Shown here piece after piece: positions 52,249 to 64,000 of a DNA stretch of 64,000 nucleotides (the first letter of the stretch is position 1; each line of letters opens with the position of its first letter). A program made the translations under genes and the position numbers. Origin of the DNA: Octopus sinensis (lineage: Eukaryota); contig NC_042997.1 in NCBI RefSeq assembly GCF_006345805.1, positions 97,216,001 to 97,280,000 of the forward strand, read 5' to 3'. A model generated the notes under the pieces. The model had not been told where the DNA came from. It made no database searches and was given only the letters and a program-made list of their open reading frames with translations.

Positions 52249-52500
52249 ACAGGTCGTCGTCGACTTATGACCTATCCTACTTACGACCTATCCGACTTAC
52301 GACCTATCCGATTTGCGACCGACCGACTTTATGACGACTGGCACGCCAGCTTCCGACATCAATAATAAATAGTCCAGCTGAAATCTAATGGATTTAATTT
52401 CTTACATGGTTGAAATAAATAAATAACAATTTTTTTAAGCGAGCAGACGATAAATAATTGCACTTATGCGCATATTTAAGCGATGGTCGCTATAAAAAAA
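52249..52500. mobile_element. pogo/Tigger-like MITE end with subterminal repeats
   Basis: TA-caggtcgtcgtcgacttatgac followed by tandem ccgacttacgaccta units. Confidence 0.55.
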
Positions 52501-52546
52501 TTAGTTCAATAAAAAAATACTTTCATTGTCAACGTACCACCACCAC

Positions 52547-52606
<60 letters not shown>

Positions 52607-52835
52607 TTCAATATAACTGCATCCCCTATCCATCTCTCCCTGTCTTTAGCTAACTTTTTAACCACGTAATAAGTATTCCTTCCCCCCCCCCGCTGCACGT
52701 CGTCAACACGTCTCTCTCCCACTTTTCTCTCGTTCTTCTCTACCTTCAGCTGCCCACGTAACTATTTGGCCTAAGTGTATTAATATCAATCACCTTTCTC
52801 TTCTTTTTTCCTCTTCTTTCTTCACCCCTCTCTCG

Positions 52836-52867
<32 letters not shown>

Positions 52868-53814
52868 TACATACATACACTTTTACTTTACCTCTCACTC
52901 ATTCCACCTCTCGAACTGTATAACGGAAGAACGAACAAGCAGATTATTATATAGATTCTTAAGAACGATCGTGCATATTTAAGGCAACGTCAAGAGGTCA
53001 GAAAGACTCTCACATACACAGCTAAAGCTGCGCTATATATTGTAACTGTGGTGATGTTATACAATCTAAATTTGCGTAGTTCACGACAGGCAGCTAGTTT
53101 ACATATGACACACACTTCAGGTTGAGTGGTTAAATGTTTTGTTTTTGTTTTTTTCAGTATACCTTCAGTCATATATGCTCGACATAAGTTCCCATAATCA
53201 GCAATTTAGCCCTCTTAAGTTAAGTGCCTTCCTGGAGGCGAACATTACCTACTTAGTAGTTTGTAACGCCGTGAGCATTATGGTCAACTTAACTTTTAGT
53301 ATGTAAGACGCCCATTATCTCTTCCTAGAAAATGAGGAAATTAGGCAGAATATGTATTTTAATGAGTTTTTCTTTCTTTTTTTTTTTAATGGTCTTCCCT
53401 CAAAAGAAACTGCATTTTTAGATTTGGTGTCTTCTGGATAAGATGAGTCTGAAATTGGTTGTATTAATTTTTCCTGCCTAAATTCGGAATGCTTAAATAT
53501 TTTGTAAATAATTTCATTCGGCAACAGAACAGGCAGAAAAAAACATAATATTCCACAAATTTATTTATACAAATACCTAATGCATACGCGCGCGCACGCA
53601 CACACACACATATTTATATATATCAGTGTCCGTCTACCAAATCCACTCACAAGGCTTTGGTCGATCCAAAGCTATAATAAAAGACACCTTCCCAAGATGT
53701 CACGCAGTGGAACTGAAACCGGAACATGTGGTTGGGAGCTAGCTTCTTACCAAACGCCCACGCCTGATATAATAGCACATCATCCAGAGAAGTCTTAGAT
53801 ATAATCTTTTGTAC

Positions 53815-54155
53815 ACTAGGCACAGTCGATTAGATCGACCTCAGTACGCAACTGGTACTTAATTTATCGATCCCGAAAGGATGAAAAGCAAAGTCGACCT
53901 CGGCGAAATTTGAACTCAGAACATAAAGACAGACGAAATACCTATTTCTTTACTACCCACGGGGGGGGGAACAAGGACAGACAAATGAATTAAGTCGATT
54001 ATATCGACTCCAGTGCGTAACTGGTACTTAATTTATCGAACCCGAAAGGATGAAAGGCAAAGTCGACCTCGGCGGTATTTGAACTCAGAACGTAACGGCA
54101 GACGAAATACGGCTATGCATTTCGCCCGGCGTGCTAACGTTTCTGCCAGCTCACC
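53815..54155 (-). mobile_element. Two tandem SINE family 3 copies
   Basis: Repeated cgaaaggatgaaa(a/g)gcaaagtcgacctcggcg; another copy at 55420-55643. Confidence 0.88.
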
Positions 54156-54744
54156 TCAGATATGAAAACTTAATTAACCCTATCAGCTTAAACGACTAAG
54201 TAGAGAGATCTCTTGTTGGATTGTAACAATGTTAAGGTCATTACAAGTGTTGATAATATATGCATGTGTTTTTAGAAATTATGGTATACATATTTATGGA
54301 CTTAACCTACATACGCTATAGGAACACCCCAAAGAACTTTAGAGTATTTTTAGAGACACACCATTGAAAATAAGTTAAACTAACACGAGAACGAAAGCTT
54401 AGGGTGATGTTTTTCTTTTTCTTTTATTCCTTTATTTCATGCCGGAAGGACGGGGGTTTAAATAACAGATTACCTAATTCAGACTAATTAAAGTAGATAA
54501 AAAGTAATTCAGAATTTGTTTTCCGTTAACTTTGTGTAAACAGCTGATAAATATGTGTGTAAATAATTTTATCTCGATGTGTGCGTAAATGTGTCCATAA
54601 ACATAGTCACACACCCCCACACAGAGAGAAAGAGATGGAGACAGAGAAATCACTGTTTTATGGTCACAGCCACCTCAGGTGACAGAATATAATGCTAACG
54701 GAATTTGTAACTAAAAGCACAGTTTGAAAACTATAATCAAGACA

Positions 54745-54808
54745 CACACACACACATACATAAGCACATACATACATATATACCTACCTACGTACATACC
54801 TACATACA

Positions 54809-54840
<32 letters not shown>

Positions 54841-55090
54841 GACATACATACATACATACGCACATACATACACACACACATAATACATACATACATACAT
54901 ACATACATACATACGTACATACATACATACATACATACATACACACACACATAATACATACATACGTACGTACGTACGTACGTACGTACGTACGTACGTA
55001 CGTACGTACATACGTACATACATACATACATACACACATACACACATACACACATACATACATACATACATACATACATACATACATACA

Positions 55091-55122
<32 letters not shown>

Positions 55123-55316
55123 CATACATACATACATACATACATACATACATACAACATACATACATACATACATACATACATACATACATACATACAT
55201 ACATACAACATACATACATACATACATACATACATACATACATACATACATACATACATACATACATACATACATACATACATACATACATACATACATA
55301 CATACATACATACATA
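54745..55316. repeat. Long (TACA)n microsatellite with an internal (TACG)n block
   Basis: Direct inspection. Confidence 0.95.
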
Positions 55317-55854
55317 ATTGGAGCATTTGGTTTTGTTAGTAAATGCCTGCCAGTTTGGATAAGCTTGGATTTTCAGAAAAAGAAATCAACCAATTAATTC
55401 GCACATTATGAATACAATCTTATCTCTTTATTGCCCACAAGGGGCTAAACATAGAGGAGACAAACAAAGACAGGCAAACGGATTACATCGACCCCAGTGC
55501 GTAACTGGTACTTATTTAATCGATCCCGAAAGGATCAAAGGCAAAGTCGACCTCGGCAGAATTTGAACTCAGAACGTAACGGGCAGACGAAATACGGCTA
55601 TGCATTTCGCCCGGTGTGCTAACGTTTCTGCCAGCTCGCCGCTTTCTTGTAAATACAATCTGTAAGCGGAAACGTAAAGCTATGAAAGACTTTTCTCAGG
55701 TTTCAAAAAATTGATATTGTTTTCGTTATCTGTATTCCAGCGATGAAGTTTTGTAGCTTTGTTAGAAACCAGCTCTTTCTTCAGAGAAAGAATTTAAATG
55801 ATTAAAAACAGAAGAGACATACATACATAATACATACATACATACATACATACA

Positions 55855-55885
<31 letters not shown>

Positions 55886-57142
55886 GTATATGTGTGTGTA
55901 TATATACACGCGCGCGCGCACACGCACAATTGTTTGAATAACGACGGTGTGAAATTCAGGATTAAAACGAAAAAAATGACTGCTTTTAATAAGATCTACA
56001 TATATGAGGGTGTGCCACTGCCCAGATGAAGGAACATAGGAAAAGAGAAGAGATCCCCATGCGGAGTAACTGTTGTTTGATTAGACCAATCTACCTCTAA
56101 TATAGGCACAAGGTCTGATATTTTAGGTGAAGGGGTTAGTTGGTACCACCAAACCCTGTATTTAAGTGGGACTTTATTTTATCGACCCCGAAAGGATGTT
56201 AGGCAAAGTTGACCTCAGTGAGGTTTGAACTCAAAAGGTAAAATATCCGGGAGAAATGCTGCTAAGCATTTTGTACGACGCTTTAGCAATTCCGCCAGCA
56301 CCCCCACCTTGATAAGTCTAATATAGTGGCTTTAAATTTTGGCACAGTAATTTCGGGTGAGGGGTAAGTCGATTACATCGATCCCAGTGCTCAACTGGTA
56401 TTTATTTTATCGACTCCGAAAGGATGAATGGCAAAATCGACCTAGGCAGAATTTGAACTGAGAGCGTAAGCATTTTGCCCGGCGTGCTAACGATACTGCC
56501 AAGCTTGCTGCCTTAATCTGCCAAATATGGCAGTTAAAATGCAGAATAGTGAATAGAATTAGTTAGATACTGCAATGTATGTGTATATTTGTATGTTTGA
56601 GCGGGTACGTGCAATGTGGAGCAGAAGGCATGTACCTGGTAAGGGATTACTTACAGAACCATCTGTATGAAGACTGGTGGTTTGAAGGGTTTAGAAAACG
56701 TTAGACATGATTCACGAGGGAGGGACATAACTGAATTTAGAGGACGCACATTGCATAAAGGCATGTGTTTTTACTGCAATTATATGTACGTATGCACATT
56801 AATCTGTTTTCCTCATAATAACCTTGTCTCTCTGCTATCGGGAGTTTATAATCAGCACCGATTGTGTTGTTCTTTTTATCGTCAACAAAACTTCTGATAA
56901 ACCTGCGCTACACTCCTTTAGACTAAAGTAGGTAGCCTCTGAGTGTGTTTAGAGAGCAGTAAGTACATCTCCTGTATTGAGGGTGATAAGGTTTTGTTTG
57001 CGCTTTTTTTGTATTTTTTTTTAGTATTATCTCTCTTTTGTTCATCGACCGATTATTTTTATTTTTTCTTACAACAAATACACCTGGCATGAATATTATT
57101 AGTTTCAGTTACTAGAACAATAATCACTTAACATTAAACATA

Positions 57143-57848
57143 CAGGATGTTCGCGTTAAATTTCACAGTTTGCATAAAAGGGAAAAGAAAACAATATCAC
57201 ATCCAAAAATTTTAATGCTTTTAAACAAATAAAAAACATATCAACTAGATTATATTCACGATAGCCCCTCCTAGCGTCTACCACGGCCTCGAGATGGCTC
57301 CGAAAGTTGGCGCATGCGTTCCTCACTGTGTCCCTGGGAAGATCTCCGAACACCTGTTTAATCTTGGCCACCAGCTTTGCTTTGGTGTCTTTCTCAGATG
57401 CGCCTCACACACAATAATCTATGGGATTACAATCGGGGAAATTAGGAGGCCAAAAATTCTCCGACAAGCACTTCAGACTCTTTCCGGAGCTATGACTTAG
57501 AGGAGAATGCTACTTCTACCTGCAACTTACTGCAACGAAGGTTGAACAACAGTCTCCATCAGCTTCACATAGCTGTCTGAATTGAATTTAAGATCCCGCT
57601 CCAAGGTGTGAGGATGAACTCCGGCGTACAGATGCAGTTAGAACGCCTGCTGTATCCTTTCCTGCAGACTTCGGCTTTGTAGTTTCCTTTGCAGTTATCT
57701 ATGTCGCGTCGTACGGCTTTTCAAATATTCACAGAGCATCGAGCAGCAGTCATGATGTCAGCATTTTGATACCCGGTGCGAATCATCATAATACAAGTTA
57801 ACTCTTTTCCAATATCCACGTGGTTTCCAGTCCTCCATGTTCGCTGAC
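57143..57848 (-). mobile_element. Second maT-like (DD37D-type) transposase relic
   Basis: NFWPPNFPDCNPIDY and TVRNACANFRSHLEAVVDA; TA-caggatgt terminus. Confidence 0.8.
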
Positions 57849-57896
<48 letters not shown>

Positions 57897-58009
57897 ATAC
57901 AAACTGGGACAAGAACGCAAAACATTTAGAAGATGATACAAAAAACACGGACGGGACATTCGAAGCCTTCAATCTTCAGTCAAGAACCGGATCATCCTCG
58001 CAATTTCGG

Positions 58010-58041
<32 letters not shown>

Positions 58042-58044
58042 ACA

Positions 58045-58809
58045 TTGGGCTTGGGCAACCTTTAACGAGAAGAAGGCCGCATGAGATATGGTTCATTCAT
58101 CAGACAGACCACTGTGAGGATGAGCCGGAAGAAGATGATCAATGGTCAAGGGACCGACCAGAAGAGGAAATGCGAGTGGGGAAGTAGGGGGTGAGAGACG
58201 AGGGTCGGCCTCCTCTTGCCCGCCAGAGACATCGTGAATGGACGTCAAGGAATTCGCTCACGGGTTGGTCACATAGCAGCTGCTTATACTGGGTGACAGG
58301 GCTAGAGCAGGATCACCGGAGAGATTACTACTAGACAGGCGAAGACGAGAGAGGAAAGTAGGTGTACTTCTTTTCATTTCTCACGCATGACAAGCTATTT
58401 CGGCAATCATATACAGACGTCGTTGTCCCCTTAATATATGATGGCAGCGAAGATAAAGATCGGCAGTGATGTCATCAGACCTTTCTATGGTGAAGGAAAG
58501 GTAGTAGCCTGGATTCGAAAAGTTAAAATTGTGGCCAGGTTACAAGGCATCGAAGATGTAGCAAGCCTCAGGCGCTGTTTTCGGAGGGGAATGCGCGGGC
58601 ACTGTACCTAGAAATGGATAATGAAGAACAACTGAGCGCGGCAAAGATCGAGCAGCGCTTCAGAAAGGATTACACACAGAAAGCGTACACCGCTTTTGCT
58701 TAGCTGGGAACGGTTGGATGAACGGGAACAGGTTGACGAATATGCTGCGGAGGGACTGGAGAAGGTAGCGCGACTAGCCTTTGTGAATGGCTTTCCCTGG
58801 GTAGAGGTA
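58045..58809 (+). mobile_element. Gypsy LTR retrotransposon relic: PPT, LTR (58192-58438), PBS and gag pseudogene
   Basis: Purine tract 58174-58191; TG start; PBS-like tgatggcagcg at 58439 (tRNA-Leu type); gag-like IRPFYGEGKVVAWIRKVKIVARL..LYLEM..EQVDEYA..LAFVNGFP with frameshifts. Confidence 0.8.
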
Positions 58810-58817
58810 CTTATCTC

Positions 58818-59243
58818 GGATCTTTTCGGTTTGAACGGCAGTTTTTTCTAGCGGTGTCATATGAAATTGTCACCCATAATTATGACTCTAGTATCGATCT
58901 ATTGCATTTCAATCTATTTTAGGGTTAGGGTTAATTAGGGTTAGGGGTGGGAGGAAAGGTATCTTTTTTTCTTCAAAAATGTAAATAAACCCAATCTGTT
59001 TCTTAAACGAGGGACATATTCATACGGCACAGAATGTTGTTTACCTCAACGGACGTCAGTGATTGGTTGAAATTGTAGAAATTGAAGAAAAAAGCAACAA
59101 ATATCTTACAAACTATAGAATTTTCTCAATAAAGCCAAGAGAAATAGATGTTTTATAAACACATTCTACCAGTATAAGAAGTTTAAAATTTTTTAGTTAC
59201 CTAGAAATTATGTTAAAAACTGCCGTTCAAACCGAAAAGATCC
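58818..59243. mobile_element. Merlin-like 426-bp MITE with TTAGGG repeats
   Basis: Perfect TIR of about 29 bp (ggatcttttcggtttgaacggcagttttt); exact 8-bp TSD cttatctc (58810-58817 and 59244-59251). Confidence 0.88.
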
Positions 59244-59549
59244 CTTATCTCCTCTGTTTGAAAATTTAAGGACACAGAACGCTTGTGTCCCGTAGCCAAC
59301 TGGAAACGATGTTTCCTGGGGCTAAATAGCATTAGTATTCTTCCCCTTCCTGGGACTGCCACATTAATTTGGCAACAAACCATCACTTTATCGTGCTGCA
59401 ACTGTACAAGTCACTCTGAGAGATTTAGAAATGCAATATTTCTAATAATTAATTATGTTATTGTTTACATATTTAATGTATGGCTCTGATAAAAGGCTAA
59501 CTGGAAATAATTATTCAATGACAGAAAAAACAATAGTATTCAGTAGCAC

Positions 59550-59570
59550 AACTACAACTACTACTACTAC

Positions 59571-59620
<50 letters not shown>

Positions 59621-59621
59621 G

Positions 59622-59678
<57 letters not shown>

Positions 59679-59686
59679 TTAATAAT
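59550..59686. repeat. (ACT)n/(AAT)n microsatellite
   Basis: Direct inspection. Confidence 0.95.
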
Positions 59687-59874
59687 CTCGGTGTTTATAT
59701 ATCAAATGGGTGGTCAGTAGTGGATAGGAGTTGCAATGACGCATAACGAATATTATGCTGCAATTATTACAAACTATTGCAACAAATCCTTGAATAAATC
59801 AATTTTTCGAAAGGTCTTCTGTTCTCTCTCTCTCTCTCTCCTATCCCTCTCTCCTTATCTCTCTCTCCTCCTCA

Positions 59875-59921
<47 letters not shown>

Positions 59922-60185
59922 TTGTGTGTGTGTGTATGTACATATGCACATGCATATTTCTCTTCTCACATATTGGATTGTGACCTGTTTTCAATATCCA
60001 GTTGAAACAGTTCGGCATATCTTGATAAAAGTAATGAACGTCCTACTTCACTCATTTACCAATTCGCCTTTTAAATATATATGATATAGAAGCATATGTG
60101 ATATATCACCATCGTTATCATTCATAGGTGTGTGTGTGTGCGTGCGTGTATGTGTGTGTGTGTGTGGTGTGTTGTGTGTGTGTGT

Positions 60186-60395
60186 GAAGGTGCATGGCTC
60201 AGTGGTTAGAGCGTCGAGCCTACGATCGTGAGGTTGTGAGTTCGATTCCCGGACCGGGCTGCATGTTGTGTTCTTGAGCAAGACACTTTATTTCACGTTG
60301 TTCCAGTCAAACTCAGCTGTAGAAATGAGTTGCGACATCACTGGTGCCGAGCTGTATCGGCCTTTGCCTTTCCCTGGGATAACATCAATGGATAA
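60186..60395 (+). mobile_element. tRNA-derived SINE, family 2, CpG-intact
   Basis: A-box tggctcagtgg, B-box gagttcgattcc, CORE-like cttgagcaagacactt. Confidence 0.88.
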
Positions 60396-61324
60396 CATCC
60401 CGGCTACCCATAAAAACGTCGACCGGGGCGAACCTCTCCTTTCCTCAGTAGCCACGCTTCTGTCAAAAAGTAGGTACATTGGTCAACCCAAGGCTACAAG
60501 AAAAGAGCCTTGCCCAAGGTTTCACAGAAGTGGATCAAAGAGCCGTGTTATTGACTGAGAAATGAAATCCTCAACCGCACTGTTTTGCATATATACTTCC
60601 TGAGTATTTTCATCTTTGTCTCTCTCTCCGTACTACTGACAATAAGTCTTCTAAGGTGTGTGTCCAACTCGCCGACATGTTTTGTAGAACAGTTATACAT
60701 ATGTCTTTGTTTCTAACAAATAAACATACAAACAAATACGAGTAGTATGTATGCGTTATTGATTGATTTACATTAGTGAACATTTTTGCCTTTTGACTGA
60801 TTCACCTGTTTCACATTCCTGTCAGTAACGTCTGTTTATCGATTTTTAAACTTTCCTTTAGCCGCCGTTTTAGGTCACATTCTGTAACGGTCATTTTTTT
60901 TTTTCAGTTTCATGTGAGTAATAAGCTGACTCGAACCACCAGCACACACATGCGCATACACACGCGCACACACATACACACACACACGTAAATATTTATA
61001 TATATAAATTAAATTAGAGATAAAACCACTATTAGGCAAATCAAACAATGAAAAACATAAACCAAAACATAAAAATAAACATAATTAATATAATATACAA
61101 AATATATAAAATATAAAATTTAATATTTAAGTTATTTAAATTTAAAATTTTTAATTTATATTTATAAATTTTTATATTTTTTAAATAATTTTTAAATTTT
61201 AAATTAATAATTTTTTTTAATTTTTTAAAAAACATATATAACTATCAAAAAGTATTAAAAGGTTTAATATAAGATAATAAGTATAATAAGTAAGTCTGGA
61301 TTTACTCCCTCATATTATTATTAT

Positions 61325-61384
<60 letters not shown>

Positions 61385-61479
61385 AGTTTAATCCAAACGG
61401 GAAAACAGAAAAAACAACAACACGTGGAACAATTACAGTATTATTATTATTAGGCGCTCAGGAAAATGGAAGAAGGAGG

Positions 61480-61514
61480 GTATGACGTTTCGAGCGGAGC
61501 TCTTCGTCGGAAAC
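61480..61514 (-). ncRNA. Minimal Penelope-type hammerhead (U4>C) in a PLE fragment (about 61383-62245)
   Basis: GTTT-CCGACGA-A-GAGC-TCC-GCTC-GAAA-CG-TC-ATAC. Confidence 0.7.
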
Positions 61515-62243
61515 ATAGGAGAAAGAAAGATCCCGAGACGGGAGGACAGAGGAAAAAAAAATTGCAGGTAGTCTTCACGAGGTCACATACTAAAAAGACG
61601 GAAGTGATAAAAAAGGAGGAAAATGTTTTTTAAAAACAGCAGAGCTGAATCAAAGAGGGAATGGTAAAAAAGGTGTGCGAGATGACGAGGGTGTGTGTGT
61701 GAGTGTGTGCGTGTGTGTGTATGTGTGTGTATGGTGGACAGTGGCTAGTAGCAGGCAGTAGTAGAATTAAAGGAGTGGTGCGGGGGTACCCTAGCAAGTC
61801 AGAAAGGCAGATCAGAAACAGGGAGGTATGTGTGTGTGCGTGTGTATGTATGTGTGAGTGTGTGCGTGTGCGTGTGTGTATGTGTGTGTGAGGCGAGATA
61901 AAAAAAAAAATATATGTATATGTTAGTGCGTGCAGGGCGAACGGATGACATAGCAAGTCTCAAGTGAGTGGTCAGTGGTAAAAAATGGGAGGAAGGAGGG
62001 AAGGAGGGAAAGGGTGGGGGCGTATGTAACGTGCAAGTGTGTGTGTTGAGTGGTAGTGTGTGTGTGTCCAGTGTGCGTAGTTGTGTGTATGGCAAGTAAA
62101 TTTGAAGTGTGTGTAAGTGTAATGTATATATATGCAAATGTGTGTGTGTGTGAGTGGGTGTATGTATGTGTGTGCGTGTATGTACAAAGAGGGGGGAGTT
62201 AAGGAAAAAAACTGCAGCGGAGAGGGGGGAAAGGGGAAGATGG

Positions 62244-62315
<72 letters not shown>

Positions 62316-62485
62316 AATGGATAAGAACTCAGTTTTAAACAAATGTGGTTAGCTATCTCAAACAATCAAAATGCACGAAGAATACACATTCAAGGTAATT
62401 CCTCATTGATGACAAGTAGATCCAAATATCACTTAAAAGAATTTTGAGAAATTCAGATCATTAGACAATATAGATACAAGTGAAT

Positions 62486-62845
62486 AAATGCCTGTGTAAC
62501 TGTAAAAACAAAATTGTCTGCCCTTTAGAAAAACAGTGTTTAAGAAAAATATAGTCTATCAGTGCTAGATAATACTTACGACCCGGGATCGTAAGTATTA
62601 TTACATAGGTTCATCTGCTACAATCTGGGAATCTAGATTTCATAATCATTCTCATTCGTTTAAGTATAGAAGAAAAGGTAATTCTTTAGTAATGCATTTG
62701 GGATTTAAAAGATAGGAACATTTAGTATGATTTAAAATGTTCCATTATTAGTTATTCACCATCATACAATATTGATAATTCTACATGTGATCTTTGCCTT
62801 GAAGAAATGTATTATATAATTACTTCTAAATTAATTTTATTAAAT
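62486..62845 (+). pseudogene. Penelope-like element GIY-YIG endonuclease, decayed
   Basis: CNCKNKIVCPLEKQCL /fs/ IVYQC*..YYYIGSS..WESRFHNHSHSF /fs/ WDLKD..CDLCLEEMYYI. Confidence 0.85.
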
Positions 62846-63189
62846 TTTAATGGGAATTTTACAATGAAATTTTGTCACAAGTTTAGGAGAGTATTATTAT
62901 AATTGATTATAATTGCTTTTCATATGTTATTTAATAAGCATAATTTTTCTAAAAAAAGTTTTACTATATTTGATAAATAGATAACTAATTGTCGTGACGT
63001 AGGATCTCTGTAACGTAGAATTCTTGCGTTTATTCTTTATTTTTTCGTTATCTACTGACGTCACCAAGAGTTGAATACAAAAATCAGTTTTCTTATATTA
63101 CAGTTTTTCTTCTTAACGTTCTTTTTGTATGTGTTCGTGTGCTGGAATTATTTCCTTAGTTCACTTCGAATTTAATTAATTTTGGATCA

Positions 63190-63286
63190 CCCTGATAACA
63201 CTATGTTAGCAAGTATTTTCGGAAATATTAATTTCAGTGATATTTTCAATATATAAATATGTTGATACAACAGAAACAATTGTCGG
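63190..63286 (+). ncRNA. Degenerate hammerhead downstream of the PLE endonuclease
   Basis: CC-CTGATAA (63192)...GAAA (63273)-CAATTG-TC-GG; palindromic stem III; G8>A and poor stem II. Confidence 0.5.
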
Positions 63287-63357
63287 CTTTGTAAGGTGAA
63301 TTCTACGAAAGATGTGATTTTGTCTTCCCATATTTTTTGTTATACACACACACACAC

Positions 63358-63394
<37 letters not shown>

Positions 63395-63665
63395 CGTAAA
63401 ATCAGTTTGCCAATGTAAGATGGCAGTCTCCTGCGTAGGACGTTTAACTCCAGGATAACATTTTTTTCCAGCTGGTTATCAACACACAATCTGTCTGAAA
63501 TATACTGTGCTAGCTCCGTCCTAGCTACTATCAGTACCAACAGGCCAATGGTTTCTAGGTAATTTCCCGTCCTCTTAGCTGGACAACCACCGGCTAGAGA
63601 TACCAGTTTACTCGACGCTGTTCACAGTATATATAGAAGACAGTCATTGATTTCGCAATGAGTAA

Positions 63666-63771
<106 letters not shown>

Positions 63772-64000
63772 GATGGGCTTCTTTCGTCCGTCTACCAAAT
63801 CTACTCATAAGACTTTGGATGAGCCCGGGCTATAATGGAAGACACGTGCAAGATGCCGTGCAAGCTTCTTACAGTCACACCTGTGCATATACACATACAC
63901 ATATCCACACATACATACACACACATATGTATATATGTGTGTGTATGTATGTATGTATGTATGTATGTATGTATGTATGTATGTATGTATGTATGTGTAT

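Noticed and set aside
52899-53120. Plus-strand first exon after (CT)n with Inr-like TCATTC
   Set aside because: Donor gttgag is weak and no downstream exons were found; needs CAGE or RNA-seq.
60186-60260. tRNA gene
   Set aside because: A and B boxes are present but the acceptor stem is poor and the sequence runs into a SINE body; it is a SINE head.
62985-63022. Extra hammerhead just after the GIY-YIG ORF
   Set aside because: Both core boxes deviate (cgtgacgt, gtaa); too degenerate to call.
63500-63540. CTGATAG plus hairpin on the minus strand
   Set aside because: No GAAA box or stem III.

Overview
AT-rich, microsatellite-saturated animal DNA. The SINE, RTE and MITE repertoire looks like an Octopus (cephalopod) genome; this is recognition from memory, not a database result. 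Almost every ORF in the supplied track is an artefact of simple repeats or decayed transposons. Supported content: tRNA-derived SINEs (at least 3 families), RTE, RTE-X and CR1-like LINE fragments, DD37D (maT) and mariner relics, piggyBac-, hAT-, Merlin- and pogo-like MITEs, two Gypsy-type LTR relics and a decayed Penelope-like (PLE) GIY-YIG ORF. A minus-strand host gene missed by the ORF track is suggested by an ATG exon at 43980-43909 and a phase-compatible exon at 41871-41791. There is a CCAAT/GC-box promoter-like island at about 39.8 kb, and a sharp switch near 39 kb from CpG-depleted DNA (left) to CpG-retaining DNA (right). The main signal is a set of short non-coding PLE-type mini-elements, mostly beside (TA)n tracts and often arranged as head-to-head fold-backs, that carry type I hammerhead ribozyme motifs (about 10 motifs, intact to degenerate). 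One has a tRNA-Ile-derived Pol III head fused to a hammerhead-like PLE tail (candidate Penelope-dependent SINE). In another, the inverted copy begins at the predicted self-cleavage site. All motifs were read by eye and need computational and experimental confirmation.
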